A stretch of 47,104 nt of DNA, from NCBI GenBank assembly GCA_001443395.1, contig LDXK01000004.1:1-47104 (forward strand), in the 5' to 3' direction. This document shows, piece after piece, positions 30,401 to 38,366 of the stretch (its first letter is position 1; every line of letters starts with the position of its first letter). The translations under genes and the position numbers were made by a program. This stretch comes from a candidate division WWE3 bacterium CSP1-7 (GTDB lineage: Bacteria; Patescibacteriota; WWE3; 9FT-COMBO-53-11). The notes below the pieces were generated by a model. It had not been told where the DNA came from. It saw only the letters and a list, made by a program, of their open reading frames with translations, and ran no database searches.

Positions 30401-33400
30401 GAATGTCCCAATAGATCTTTTGCCAGCTTTCGACTTTGTCGATGTAAAAAGTCTTGGTCTGCTCGGTCGCGGCCGCTTCGCCAAAGCCAAGGGTAAGCAC
30501 GTCTCCTCGCGCGCCGCTCCTGATCCAGACGGTGAGGTAATCATAACCGGAGATATCTGTGGAAGAGATTGTCGCTTCGGCGTAGCCGTTCGCGGCCGTG
30601 GCGGTTACTTTCGCCAGATCGCCGGAGTTGGAAACATCTTCATCCTCAAAGTAATCCACATTCCGAGCGACATCCCCTTCTGCCACGGTCGCATTGGTCC
30701 CGGTCCAGTTTGTATGGGTATTGGCGTTTTCCAGCATCAGGGTGTTCGTGCCGGAAACCACCGGCCGCCAGCCCTCCCAAGTCCCGTCGGTGGAATCGAT
30801 GGTGTTGCCGGAGCGGGTTTGGAGTTCAATCTTGCCGTTGGTGTCCAGATTTTCCGTCCAGGAAATCGTGTTGAAGGCGGTCGTGCCGGGGGTATGGATT
30901 TCGTTGGAAACGTAAATGGCGTAGGGGTTGTATTCAAAAGTAGCGGAGGTATAGGCGGGGTCGGTGCTGCCACTGATCGAGGAAGCGTATTTAACGGCAA
31001 CCCTTCCTGATCCTCCCACCCCTCCTTGGTTGGTCGCGCCAGGAGTGCCACTTTCGCAGCCGCTTCCGCCGGCGCCTCCGGTTGAGGTTACCTTGGATGC
31101 CCCAAGCGTGAGGCTGTTGCCGACGATCTTGATCGAACCGCCAGCCCCGCCGCCCCCGCCTCCCGCGTATTCTCCCCCAGCATCACAGCCGCTAGTGGCG
31201 CTGACCCCGGCAACGGCGGTGCTCGAGATTGTGCCGGAAACGGCGACGGAATCGGCGGAGATGTAGATGATGCCCCCTCCTGCCCCGCCGGCACCGCCGG
31301 TGGTTGCGAAGGCCGTGTTGTAATCTCCTCCTCCTCCTCCCGCCGATCCGAAGTAGAGCTTAGTTAGGTTCGCGTCGCCGTAGGTGCCTCCGCCTCCGCC
31401 GGTGGTGTAGGTACCGTATCCTCCGTTTCCGGAGCTGTTGGTTCCTCCGTTCTGGCCGGAACTTGTTCCTCCTGAACGGGAAGCCGGAGAAGTTCCGAAT
31501 GTGCCATACCCCGCACCCCCACCCCCGGCGATGTTGTGCCCGCCCCCGCCCGCACCACCCTGGGTCGCTGAACCTAATCCGGTATTGGTCCCGCTTCCGC
31601 CCCCGCCTCCGCAAGAACCATCCCCACCGTCGTAAGTCGCGACTTCCTGACCAACCCCGCCTCCCGCGGCGCCGTTACCGGCGTTGCCGGTGCCGGAAAC
31701 ACCCGTTCCGCCAATCCCGCAGAACGCCTCGCCGCCGTTACCGCCCCCGCCGGCTGGTGCCGCCCCCGCCGCAGCTCCGCCCGTTCCTCCCCGGTGCCCG
31801 ACCGCATTGGCGTTGATGGTGCCGGTGCCGTTGACCGAAACCGCCCCGGTGGCGCGGAAAAACATCACGCCGCCTTTGATTCCATCCCAAGTCGATGGGA
31901 AGAAGTTGATCCCGGTATTGACAGTGACGCTAGTGTAGTTCGGTACCCTTTGCAGAAGGACCCTCTGGGTTCCCTGGGCGGTGCCGAGGTTGGTATCGTC
32001 GCTGGCGCCGTCGCCGTAGAATTTGGTTTTGGAGTTGGTAAAGGTGACGACGTTGGAGGTGACGCCTTGAACGCGCAGGGTTTCGTAGTTGCCAGTATTG
32101 CCGAAGGCGGAATTTGTTCCTTGCAAGTTAATCAGAAGAACCTCATCGCCGACGTTCAAACAGCCGGAAGATGGCGGGCCGGTGAGAGTCGCATTTGTGG
32201 AAGTCAAGGCGGTGATGTTGTAGTAAACCGCGTCCCCACCGTCGGCGCAGGCGCGACCGGCGATCAAGCTAGTGGAGTTGATGTTGGTGCTGGAAGAAAC
32301 TGTGATCGCCCCGTCCGTGCCTGTTCCAAGGTTGTCTTCTTTGAACTGGAGCTTGACGGAGCTGGTTTTTAGCTTTTGGGTAAAGAGGGGATTAAATTCG
32401 CTCCATAGGTCAAGGTCTTTTGTGGTTGTAAAGTTCTCGATCGTCCGCCATTGGCCGAGGAGGCTGTCGTAGTACCAGGCGGTGAGGGAGAGGTCGTTGG
32501 TCGATTGATTGTGGGCGATCTCAACGTAGCCGGCGTTGGCGAGGGCGGTGTCGGTGGCGGTGTATTTCGTCATGTCGGTCGCCAGCCGCTGGAAGGCCCC
32601 GTTGGCGTAGACGAAGAGCTTGTCATTGTCGGAGTCGTAGTAGATCGTGCCTTCGGTCGTCGATCCGGAGGAAGCGACCGGAGTGAGAAAGATCTCCCCC
32701 CCGCTGACGGTCAGGTCTCCCGCCAGGGTGAGCCCTCCCCCCGTGTCGAAATCCGTCCCGTCGTTGCCGATGTTGCTGATGATGCTGGCATTCATGTCCA
32801 GCGCCTCCGTCACCGTCGCCCCGCCCCAGGCGAGGGTGCCGTTGATGTCAACCGTTGTTCCTGAGTCGGTCGTGAGGGTGCCGGTGCCGGTGTAAGAGTC
32901 ATCGGTATCGGAGCGGAGGAACTGGTCGGAGTTGAGGTCATCGAAGAGGTCGGCGTTCAGGTTGGCGACGAGGGTCGTGGAAGCGACGGTGAGGGGAGCG
33001 GTGCCGGTGGCGACGGTCGAGATCAGCTGGGTGCCTTCCACGGTCGAGGCGGAGATCAGATTGGAATCGAAATAGACTGGAAAGCTTTCAAACCGGTAGC
33101 GGTCCAGGGTGGCATCCCAGCGGAGAACGGCGTTGGGAGAGGAGGTGCCCCGGATGAAGGTGAGGGTGGCGTCCTGGATATCAGCGGAGGCGTTGTCGGT
33201 GTTGATCGAGAAATCGGAAGAGATCGTGCCGGAGATATCGCTCGCTCCAGCCGAAAGGGTATTGACGACGATCTCATCGAAGTAACCGATGTCCCAGCGC
33301 ACCCCGGCTGAGCCGATGTCGTATTGAGCATTCAGGCTGGGAATGATGTCGGAATCGATGGCACCGTTAAAGATCACCAGATCGGTGACCGCGTTGCCCA

Positions 33401-34715
33401 GGTTGATCGCTGTGGAATTGACCGTGAGGGTCGTTCCGTCGGCGATTGTTAGCGTGCCGGCGGTGAAACTGTCGCTGGTGTTGGAGCGGAGGAACTGGAG
33501 AGAATCTAAACCGTCGAGGGTATCGGCGTCCGATCCGGCGATGGAGGTGATCGTGATCGTATTCGCCCCGTCGTCGGGAGTAATGACGATATTCGCTCCC
33601 GCGATCAGATCGATGTTTCCTTCGTTGTTGGAGACCCCGTCTAGGGAGGAGAGGATCACCGGTGTTCCGGTGAAATTGCTCCAATTGAGGTAGTAATCGC
33701 CACCCTGCCCTTCCAGGGTGTCGGCATCGCCGCCGGTGGCGATCCCTCCGCCTCCTCCTCCCGTTCCCGTCACTCCGGTGGTGGTTCCGGAAACGGTGAG
33801 GTTTTCGACGTTTAATGAATCTACTTTGATGCTTCCAAAAATTCCTTCCTTTGCTTCAAGAGAATCGGCGACAATCGCGACGGCGCGAAGATCTTTGAGC
33901 GAAGCCACACCCAACGGGCTAATAAAGTAATCGCCGGTTTCGCCAAAGAACAGAGTACCGAGAAATCTTCCCGTATCGAAAAGGAAAGGAATTTTGGAAT
34001 GCAGCCATCTGGTTAAATCGAATTCACTATACTCTAGTACATCATTTGTATCGACAATCGGATCGGCAATCTGGGCGATTCCCAAGAAATTTCCAGGCAC
34101 GATTCGCTCGACGTATTGGTCCCAGAATCCGCCAAAGATTCTTTGAATGCGTTCACGGGTGAGGTCCGAAAATCCCAGCGCCAAAATTGCAATTGTCCCA
34201 AAAACCAACGCAAGCGTAAGGGTGTGGCTGGCAATTTTTGCCAAAATCGGTTCATGGGCGGGCAGGGGAACGCGAATCATGTTGGTCAAGAAATGGGAAA
34301 TTTGGCTTAGAAGTTCGTTGTGCTTACGCTCCTCCCCTAAAATTATTGGGTCCAGACTGGGGGGAGTTGGTGATGGTGGCGGGGGAGGCGGGAGAAGCGG
34401 AGGGAGAACCGGGATTGGCGTGGCTGGCTCTGGAGTAATTGCGGCAGAAGGCACTATTTGGGGGTTTTCCAGTTCTTTTTTGATCCTTCCATTATCCCAG
34501 CCCTGTTTCTTGAGTTCGGCGATTTTCTTCAGACTTTCTAGGACTTTCTCCGGATAATGACCGACGGTGGAAGGAGCGTCGGGGTAAGGAAGGCGACGAG
34601 ACATATAAGGCAAGAGCCCGATCTTGGTGTAGTAGCGGAGAGTGTGGTAGCCCACGCCGGAGCGTTTGACTATCTCACTTACGGGAATGAGTTTTTCAAG
34701 CAGGTCGTTTTCCAT
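24471..34715 (-). CDS. Giant (about 3,414 aa) membrane-anchored fibre/adhesin-like protein with N-terminal MerR-type HTH
   Basis: Order: MerR HTH (VSEIVKRSGVGYHTLRYYTKIGLL), Pro-rich linker, one TM, ADTLDG/NLNAD fibre motifs, three ~770-aa Gly-rich repeats, C-terminal GADLAEWY...GRVPVK domain. ATG at 34715 preferred; the ORF is open from TTG at 34751. Confidence 0.9.
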   Translation of the reverse strand: MENDLLEKLIPVSEIVKRSGVGYHTLRYYTKIGLLPYMSRRLPYPDAPSTVGHYPEKVLESLKKIAELKKQGWDNGRIKKELENPQIVPSAAITPEPATPIPVLPPLLPPPPPPSPTPPSLDPIILGEERKHNELLSQISHFLTNMIRVPLPAHEPILAKIASHTLTLALVFGTIAILALGFSDLTRERIQRIFGGFWDQYVERIVPGNFLGIAQIADPIVDTNDVLEYSEFDLTRWLHSKIPFLFDTGRFLGTLFFGETGDYFISPLGVASLKDLRAVAIVADSLEAKEGIFGSIKVDSLNVENLTVSGTTTGVTGTGGGGGGIATGGDADTLEGQGGDYYLNWSNFTGTPVILSSLDGVSNNEGNIDLIAGANIVITPDDGANTITITSIAGSDADTLDGLDSLQFLRSNTSDSFTAGTLTIADGTTLTVNSTAINLGNAVTDLVIFNGAIDSDIIPSLNAQYDIGSAGVRWDIGYFDEIVVNTLSAGASDISGTISSDFSINTDNASADIQDATLTFIRGTSSPNAVLRWDATLDRYRFESFPVYFDSNLISASTVEGTQLISTVATGTAPLTVASTTLVANLNADLFDDLNSDQFLRSDTDDSYTGTGTLTTDSGTTVDINGTLAWGGATVTEALDMNASIISNIGNDGTDFDTGGGLTLAGDLTVSGGEIFLTPVASSGSTTEGTIYYDSDNDKLFVYANGAFQRLATDMTKYTATDTALANAGYVEIAHNQSTNDLSLTAWYYDSLLGQWRTIENFTTTKDLDLWSEFNPLFTQKLKTSSVKLQFKEDNLGTGTDGAITVSSSTNINSTSLIAGRACADGGDAVYYNITALTSTNATLTGPPSSGCLNVGDEVLLINLQGTNSAFGNTGNYETLRVQGVTSNVVTFTNSKTKFYGDGASDDTNLGTAQGTQRVLLQRVPNYTSVTVNTGINFFPSTWDGIKGGVMFFRATGAVSVNGTGTINANAVGHRGGTGGAAAGAAPAGGGGNGGEAFCGIGGTGVSGTGNAGNGAAGGGVGQEVATYDGGDGSCGGGGGSGTNTGLGSATQGGAGGGGHNIAGGGGAGYGTFGTSPASRSGGTSSGQNGGTNSSGNGGYGTYTTGGGGGTYGDANLTKLYFGSAGGGGGDYNTAFATTGGAGGAGGGIIYISADSVAVSGTISSTAVAGVSATSGCDAGGEYAGGGGGGAGGSIKIVGNSLTLGASKVTSTGGAGGSGCESGTPGATNQGGVGGSGRVAVKYASSISGSTDPAYTSATFEYNPYAIYVSNEIHTPGTTAFNTISWTENLDTNGKIELQTRSGNTIDSTDGTWEGWRPVVSGTNTLMLENANTHTNWTGTNATVAEGDVARNVDYFEDEDVSNSGDLAKVTATAANGYAEATISSTDISGYDYLTVWIRSGARGDVLTLGFGEAAATEQTKTFYIDKVESWQKIYWDIRNVAAGSRNGVTKLRITSITNGNTIWFDNVTADKYLVTSGGSTITSSPNNYIQYRAVLSTTNVLNSPVLSKVRINLTNPNGTFTIDADRVRSPFDVADSQSTLRIDPLKLEYNKFSLGTGADGAITVSSSTNINATSLIVGRSCADGGDAVNYSATALTSTSATLSTTPSAGCLAVGDEILLINVAGTNSALGNVGNYETLRVLSVVTNTVNFTTAKTKFYGDGASDDNNLGTAEGTQRVMLQRVPNYTSVTVNTAINFFPATWNGTKNGVMFFRATGAVAVNGTGTINANAIGHRGGAGGVASGAAPNGGGGNGGEAFCGIGGTGASGAGNGGSGAAGGAIGHENVAYSGGNGSCGGGGGTSIAGAGLGSATQGGSGGGGGNIGGGGGAGYGTFGTSPAARGGGAAGQNGGTNSSGNGGVDTGNFYVTGGGGGTYGDANLTKLYFGAAGGGGGDYNNTGPTAGAGGASGGIVYIAADSVTVSGTISSNAANGSPTSSGTSCDGAGEYAGGGGGGAGGSIKIVGNNLTLGASKVLASGGSGGNGCENGSFGATNIGGVGGSGRIAVYNAGTISGSTSPTYTVDSSVADFNPYKVFTSKEIATPGAVSLDTIAWTENLPAGTEIRFQTRSGATSNSLDGTWQEWRPQGIVLESADTHTNWVGTNATVAEGDVTRDVNYFEDEDEPTVTNITKITSSTNGGYAEATPVGSPVDISVRRYLAFWIRASIAGSSLRFGFGETVATEREESITIYTANVWQKYYWDISDVPAANRDAVTKLRLTNLTTASNTIYLDNVFSDVYLTDNAGSAITSTANSYIQYRALLTTTSILNTPTLSEVRINYTDGSGSKTIDDHLANQNNVDEYDLTGRLAITEYELDDFKSIRLEIGLTNVTQQGDFDPGTGADGSVTVSSSTNINATNLVAGRSCLDGGDAVNYNVSSLTANTATIVSGTGPSTGCLNPGDEILLINLQGSNTAFGNTGNYETLHIQSIANNVVTFTSSKAKYYGNGASDDTNLGTTEGTQRVMLQRVPNYSTLTVNTGINFFPATWNGAKGGLMFFRASVSANINGTIHANAVGYAGGVGIAAGEATEDYGGYGGDSICGSGGVGGITSSTAGAAGAAGGGGGNLAGGNGYCGGGGGSGENVNSPGLGSTTSGGSGGGGGGIAGGGAGGNGGPGNAGGAYTSAGSNGGTNSSGNGGAVGRGSGGGGGTYGDSNLTKLFFGSGGGGGGGYNGTSGNGGKGGGIIYISADSTTVSGNLQSNGSSGSSSSCAGAGDYGGGGGGGAGGSIKLVGNSINVGTSKTIASAGSGGTGCINGVAGTTNGGTGGVGRIATYYASTVSGSSSPSAELASTASNNYSLIISDEIPTPNAVGYTPLTWLADLNTYGMVQLQTRTGKSNNSTDGTWESWKPSTATTNTLMLDNANTHTNWVANDPALLTVADGDVTRDVDYYEDEDEPTAGNLTKLTVGANADTYAERIIGTTDLNPYDYLTLWVRSSVTGSMIKLGFGETAATEHEESFHIDTVNTWQKIYWDISDIPDHERDGVRNFRITAPGTSYTLYFDNLTTDRYLTDPNASFITSTPNDYIQYRAILTTSNTGYRPTLHNVNFNYETGYKTVQVDNNNVRLYNYTGATQNVRLEAIVFGADLAEWYPTSDLSIEAGDVIAIAGEKDDAGVPKIQKATVTSDPKIMGIISTKAGVELGIPREDRRLVGLAGRVPVKIAPDSPAITAGDLLTSSGTYPGMAQKLAKPGFSVAKALEDWSPDSGVGRIDAFLAVSWGDPGVVVDDEGDAAEVVDSSESTVQSGETETSELQPTDSELPATNDELPATDSPTDTLEQPKEPITQKIITPQIEADEGIFLTLKVAVEAIFEKITVKVAEIAIAFIDNLTIKKLTVEGETLGESVLPAGEVQILITNSMITDKSRVFVTPKVAIAVPLAVIELKPEESFTVAISQPQDVDIPFSWWVVEGQLTTGGENN
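25580..32335 (-). repeat. Three large internal repeats within the giant gene
   Basis: GTG(A/T)DG(A/S)(I/V)TVSSSTNIN...GRxCxDGGDAV recurs near 32281, 30004 and 27664 (spacings 2277 and 2340 nt). Each unit ends in YIQYRA.L.T...P.L..V. Confidence 0.9.
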
Positions 34716-34860
34716 GGCAGGCCTTAGGTCCTTCCGTAACTTTTCCCCCAAGTGAAGGAGGATTAGTTATCGGTCTACTTTCCCACTACGTTATAGGTTA
34801 CGATATCTCTTCTCCCTATAACCAAGCCGTTTCTGAGTACTTACCGTCACGGCAAGAAAA

Positions 34861-34890
34861 ACTATGGCATATTCAAAACGTTGATGTCAA
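34861..34890 (-). promoter_or_regulatory. Putative promoter of the giant gene (18-bp spacer)
   Basis: Minus strand TTGACA-N18-CATAGT with TG extension, followed by a leader of about 140 nt with three hairpins. Confidence 0.5.
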
Positions 34891-35037
34891 GTCACTCGCA
34901 ACTCGCCAATCCCCGAAACGGAAGCGGGGGGTTTCATAGCCCTGCTCCTTTCCGTTTCTCGGAAACGTCTCTGCTCAGACATTAATCGGCTTCGCTTTTG
35001 CGGGTTCCGTGCGACTTGGGTTATACTCGTCCTGAAT

Positions 35038-37533
35038 ATGACCTACGACCACCAGAAAATTGAGCCCAAATGGCAGAAGTACTGGGAGAAAGAGAGTCTC
35101 TATCGGGGGATTGATTTTTCAAAGAAGGAAAAACGCTACATCTTGATCGAGTTTCCCTATCCTTCCGGCGAACGCCTGCACGTCGGTCATGGCCGAAGCT
35201 ACTGCTGCCTCGACGCGGTCGCCCGCCTCCGGAGAATGCAGGGGTACAACGTTCTTTTTCCGATCGGCTGGGACGCCTTCGGTCTGCCGGCAGAGAACTA
35301 CGCCATCAAGACCGGGATCCATCCTTCCATCACCACCAAAGAAAACATCGCCAACGCCAAGAAACAGGCCAAATCTTGGGGTCTATCCTTCGATTGGGAG
35401 CGCGAGATCAACACCACCGATCCGGATTACTACAAGTGGACCCAGTGGATCTTTCTCCAACTCTACAAGAAGGGTTTGGCCTACAAGAAAGAAATTCCGG
35501 TGAATTGGTGCCCCAAAGACAAAACCAATCTGGCCGATGAGGAGGTGGTAGCGGGAAAGTGCGAACGCTGCGGCACTCCCGTGGAACGCCGGATGCAGAG
35601 TCAGTGGCTGCTAAAGATCACGGCCTACTCCGACCGGCTGATTGACGACCTGAAGTCCGTAGATTACCGGGAAGATATTAAAGCCCAACAGATCAATTGG
35701 ATCGGGAGAAGCGTTGGTGCGAAAATAAAATTTAAGATTTTAGATCATAAATCTGAAATAACCGTTTTCACTACCCGCCCGGATACACTCTACGGAGCCA
35801 CATTTTTAGTTCTTTCTCCAGAGAAGGCACAAGATTACTTGGATTTGATAGCGAGTGATAAGCGGTCGGGGGTGGCAGATTATGTCAAAAAAGCCTTGAA
35901 TAAATCAGAGCTGCAGCGGCAGGAAGAGCTGAAGGACAAGACCGGAGTTTTCACGGGCCTTTTCGCCCAGAACCCGTTCACGGGAGAGAAACTACCGGTT
36001 TGGGTGGCGGACTTCGTTCTTTCAGGATACGGGACCGGAGCGATCATGGCTGTACCCGCCCACGATCAGCGCGACTTTGAGTTTGCCAAAAAATACGATC
36101 TTCCGCTCAAGGAGGTCGTCAAAAACGAGAAGGAATCAAGGTTCCCAAACGAGGCCTTTGAAGGAGAGGGGACTCTCATTAATTCAGGCCAATTTGATGG
36201 TTTGCAGAAAGAAGAAGCGATTGATAAAATTACTCAATTTTTGGAGCAGAAAAAAATGGGTGAGGGGGCGGTGGATTACAAACTGCGCGATTGGATTTTC
36301 TCACGCCAGCACTATTGGGGCGAACCGATTCCCATTATCTTCTGCCGCAACTGCTGGGAGGAGAAAAGCGAAAAGCAGAAAAAAGAGGCCCGAGAGGGAT
36401 ACGACTTCAGTAAAATTGATGGCAAAGAACACGCGGTAGTGACAGTATCTGAAGAAGAACTGCCGGTGGGGTTGCCTTTCGTCGAAAATTATAAGCCCAC
36501 CGAGACCGGCGCATCTCCGCTCGCCGAAATCAAAAAATGGGTCGAAGTGCATTGCCCTATCTGTGATTCGCAGGCGAGAAGAGAGACTGATACCATGCCA
36601 AACTGGGCTGGGAGCTCCTGGTACTTCCTGCGCTACCTTGATCCCAAGAATGATAAGCGGTTTGCCGACCGGAAGAAAATGGATTATTGGCTGCCGGTGG
36701 ACTGGTACAACGGGGGAATGGAGCACACGACGCTGCATCTGCTCTACTCCCGATTCTGGTACAAGGTGCTCGCCGATCTGAAACTGGTTCCGGGGATTGA
36801 GCCCTACGCTAAACGGACCTCCCACGGCGTGGTGCTGGGACCGGACGGGCAGAAGATGAGCAAATCGCGCGAAAACGTGGTTAATCCAGACGAGGTGGTG
36901 GTGGAGTTCGGTGCGGACACTTTTCGCCTCTACGAGGCTTTTATGGGGCCTTTCGAGCAGACGATTGCCTGGGATCCCAAAGGAGTTTTGGGAGTGCGGC
37001 GGTTTTTGGACAGGGTTTGGAAAGCGCAACAGGAAGTTGTCAGTCGGAAGTTGACAGTCGACAGTGGGGAACTGAAGAGGAAGCTTCACCAGCTCATCAA
37101 GAAGGTAGAAGAAGACACGCTTTCGCTTAAGTTCAACACGGCGATAGCGGAGATGATGAAATTCACAAACCAATTAGCAATCAGCAATTATCAATTATCA
37201 ATCGAAGATTGGGAGGTCTTCCTACAGGTGCTGGCGCCTTACGCGCCGCATCTGGCCGAAGAACTGTGGCACGGTTTGGGTGAGCGCGATAGCATCCACC
37301 GCCAGCCCTGGCCCAAGCACGATCCCAAACTGATCGCCGAGGAAACAGTGACGATTGTCGTCCAGGTCAATGGGAAGATGCGGGGGAAGTTGGAGCTGCC
37401 GGCGGGGATTCGGGAGGCCTCCGTCACCGAATTAGCGGCCGATTTGGATTCCGTTAAGTCCCACTTTTACGGGAAGAAAGTTGCAAAAACCATTTTCATC
37501 CCCGATAATCTCATTAACTTTGTTATTTCGTAA
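35038..37533 (+). CDS. leuS: Leucine--tRNA ligase
   Basis: FPYPSG..LHVGH, GWDAFGLPAEN, FTTRPDT, GTGAIMAVPAHDQRD, KMSKS. Confidence 0.98.
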   Translation: MTYDHQKIEPKWQKYWEKESLYRGIDFSKKEKRYILIEFPYPSGERLHVGHGRSYCCLDAVARLRRMQGYNVLFPIGWDAFGLPAENYAIKTGIHPSITTKENIANAKKQAKSWGLSFDWEREINTTDPDYYKWTQWIFLQLYKKGLAYKKEIPVNWCPKDKTNLADEEVVAGKCERCGTPVERRMQSQWLLKITAYSDRLIDDLKSVDYREDIKAQQINWIGRSVGAKIKFKILDHKSEITVFTTRPDTLYGATFLVLSPEKAQDYLDLIASDKRSGVADYVKKALNKSELQRQEELKDKTGVFTGLFAQNPFTGEKLPVWVADFVLSGYGTGAIMAVPAHDQRDFEFAKKYDLPLKEVVKNEKESRFPNEAFEGEGTLINSGQFDGLQKEEAIDKITQFLEQKKMGEGAVDYKLRDWIFSRQHYWGEPIPIIFCRNCWEEKSEKQKKEAREGYDFSKIDGKEHAVVTVSEEELPVGLPFVENYKPTETGASPLAEIKKWVEVHCPICDSQARRETDTMPNWAGSSWYFLRYLDPKNDKRFADRKKMDYWLPVDWYNGGMEHTTLHLLYSRFWYKVLADLKLVPGIEPYAKRTSHGVVLGPDGQKMSKSRENVVNPDEVVVEFGADTFRLYEAFMGPFEQTIAWDPKGVLGVRRFLDRVWKAQQEVVSRKLTVDSGELKRKLHQLIKKVEEDTLSLKFNTAIAEMMKFTNQLAISNYQLSIEDWEVFLQVLAPYAPHLAEELWHGLGERDSIHRQPWPKHDPKLIAEETVTIVVQVNGKMRGKLELPAGIREASVTELAADLDSVKSHFYGKKVAKTIFIPDNLINFVIS

Positions 37534-37597
37534 CAAAGATCGGTTCAGATAAATATCCGTTCATCTGTCCAGATGTAACCCTGCCTATGATTGCGAG

Positions 37598-37975
37598 ATG
37601 TTCAAGACCGAAAAATCTAATGAACTCTATGAGCGCTTTTATTGTTTTTCCCGGGACTGTGCCTCTCTTGTAAAGTCCCTTCGCAGAGATTCAATCAATC
37701 AAGTTTATTCCCATCAGCTAATTCGCTCCTCTTCTTCGATTCCGGCTAACTACTTAGAGGCTCAAGAGTCTCTTAGCCGAAAGGATTTCCTTTACCGTTT
37801 AGCGATTTGTCGAAAGGAGTCCAAGGAATCCGTTCAATGGCTGCGCTTGCTTTCGGACACGGGGAACTCCGGGTCCCTCGAACTTGAAAGACTGCTCAGA
37901 GAAGCTCACGAGTTTGTCCTGATTTTTGGTAAGTCGGTTGAAACTGCTCGAAGTTCTTCCTATGAATCTAAATGA
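37598..37975 (+). CDS. Four helix bundle protein (23S rRNA IVP-like family)
   Basis: QLIRSSSSIPANYLEA..S.SRKDF..RL.I.RKE.KES..WL.LL signature. Confidence 0.9.
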   Translation: MFKTEKSNELYERFYCFSRDCASLVKSLRRDSINQVYSHQLIRSSSSIPANYLEAQESLSRKDFLYRLAICRKESKESVQWLRLLSDTGNSGSLELERLLREAHEFVLIFGKSVETARSSSYESK

Positions 37976-38366
37976 ACTGATGACCCGATTAAAAACTGAA
38001 CCGATGCGTGGGGTTTATATCGTGGTTCTCTCCGGCGCGATCCTTCTTGGATCGGGTATTTCTTTGGGAGTAGGAATTTCCCAACTCAACACGTCTCGGC
38101 CCAATCTCCAAGCCCAGGGTTTTTCACCGGCTCCCTCTCAAACTGATTTGGTCGCGGAACCGGCCGAAAGTTTTCCGATCAATATCAACACGGCTTCGGC
38201 GACGGACTTGGAATCTCTGCCTAAGATTGGGTCGGTTATTGCTCAGAGGATTATCGACTACCGAAAGAAGAACGGTCCTTTCAAAACTATCTCTGAGATC
38301 CAAAACGTTTCCGGTATCGGTCCCAAGACTTACGCCCAAATCAATGGCCTGATAACCGTCAAGTGA
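37962..38366 (+). CDS. comEA: Competence protein ComEA (membrane-anchored HhH DNA receptor)
   Basis: TM followed by ININTAS..DLESLPKIG..IAQRIIDYR..NGPF....I.NVSGIGPK. Confidence 0.92.
   Translation: MNLNELMTRLKTEPMRGVYIVVLSGAILLGSGISLGVGISQLNTSRPNLQAQGFSPAPSQTDLVAEPAESFPININTASATDLESLPKIGSVIAQRIIDYRKKNGPFKTISEIQNVSGIGPKTYAQINGLITVK

Noticed and set aside
24475-34557. Many Pro-rich plus-strand ORFs within the giant gene, and similar antisense ORFs elsewhere
   Set aside because: They mirror Gly-rich, GC-rich codons of the real genes and have no independent signals or motifs.
24471-34715. Prophage, because of tail-fibre-like motifs
   Set aside because: No capsid, terminase, portal or integrase genes. 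The protein has a TM anchor and housekeeping neighbours.
34716-34860. Cobalamin riboswitch (CCTGCC end, GGGAA)
   Set aside because: Only fragmentary resemblance to the B12 box, with no recognisable core and an unrelated downstream gene.
37598-37975. Diversity-generating retroelement (Avd-like gene plus repeated giant-gene segments)
   Set aside because: No reverse transcriptase in the window, and no template/variable repeat pair differing only at adenines was seen.
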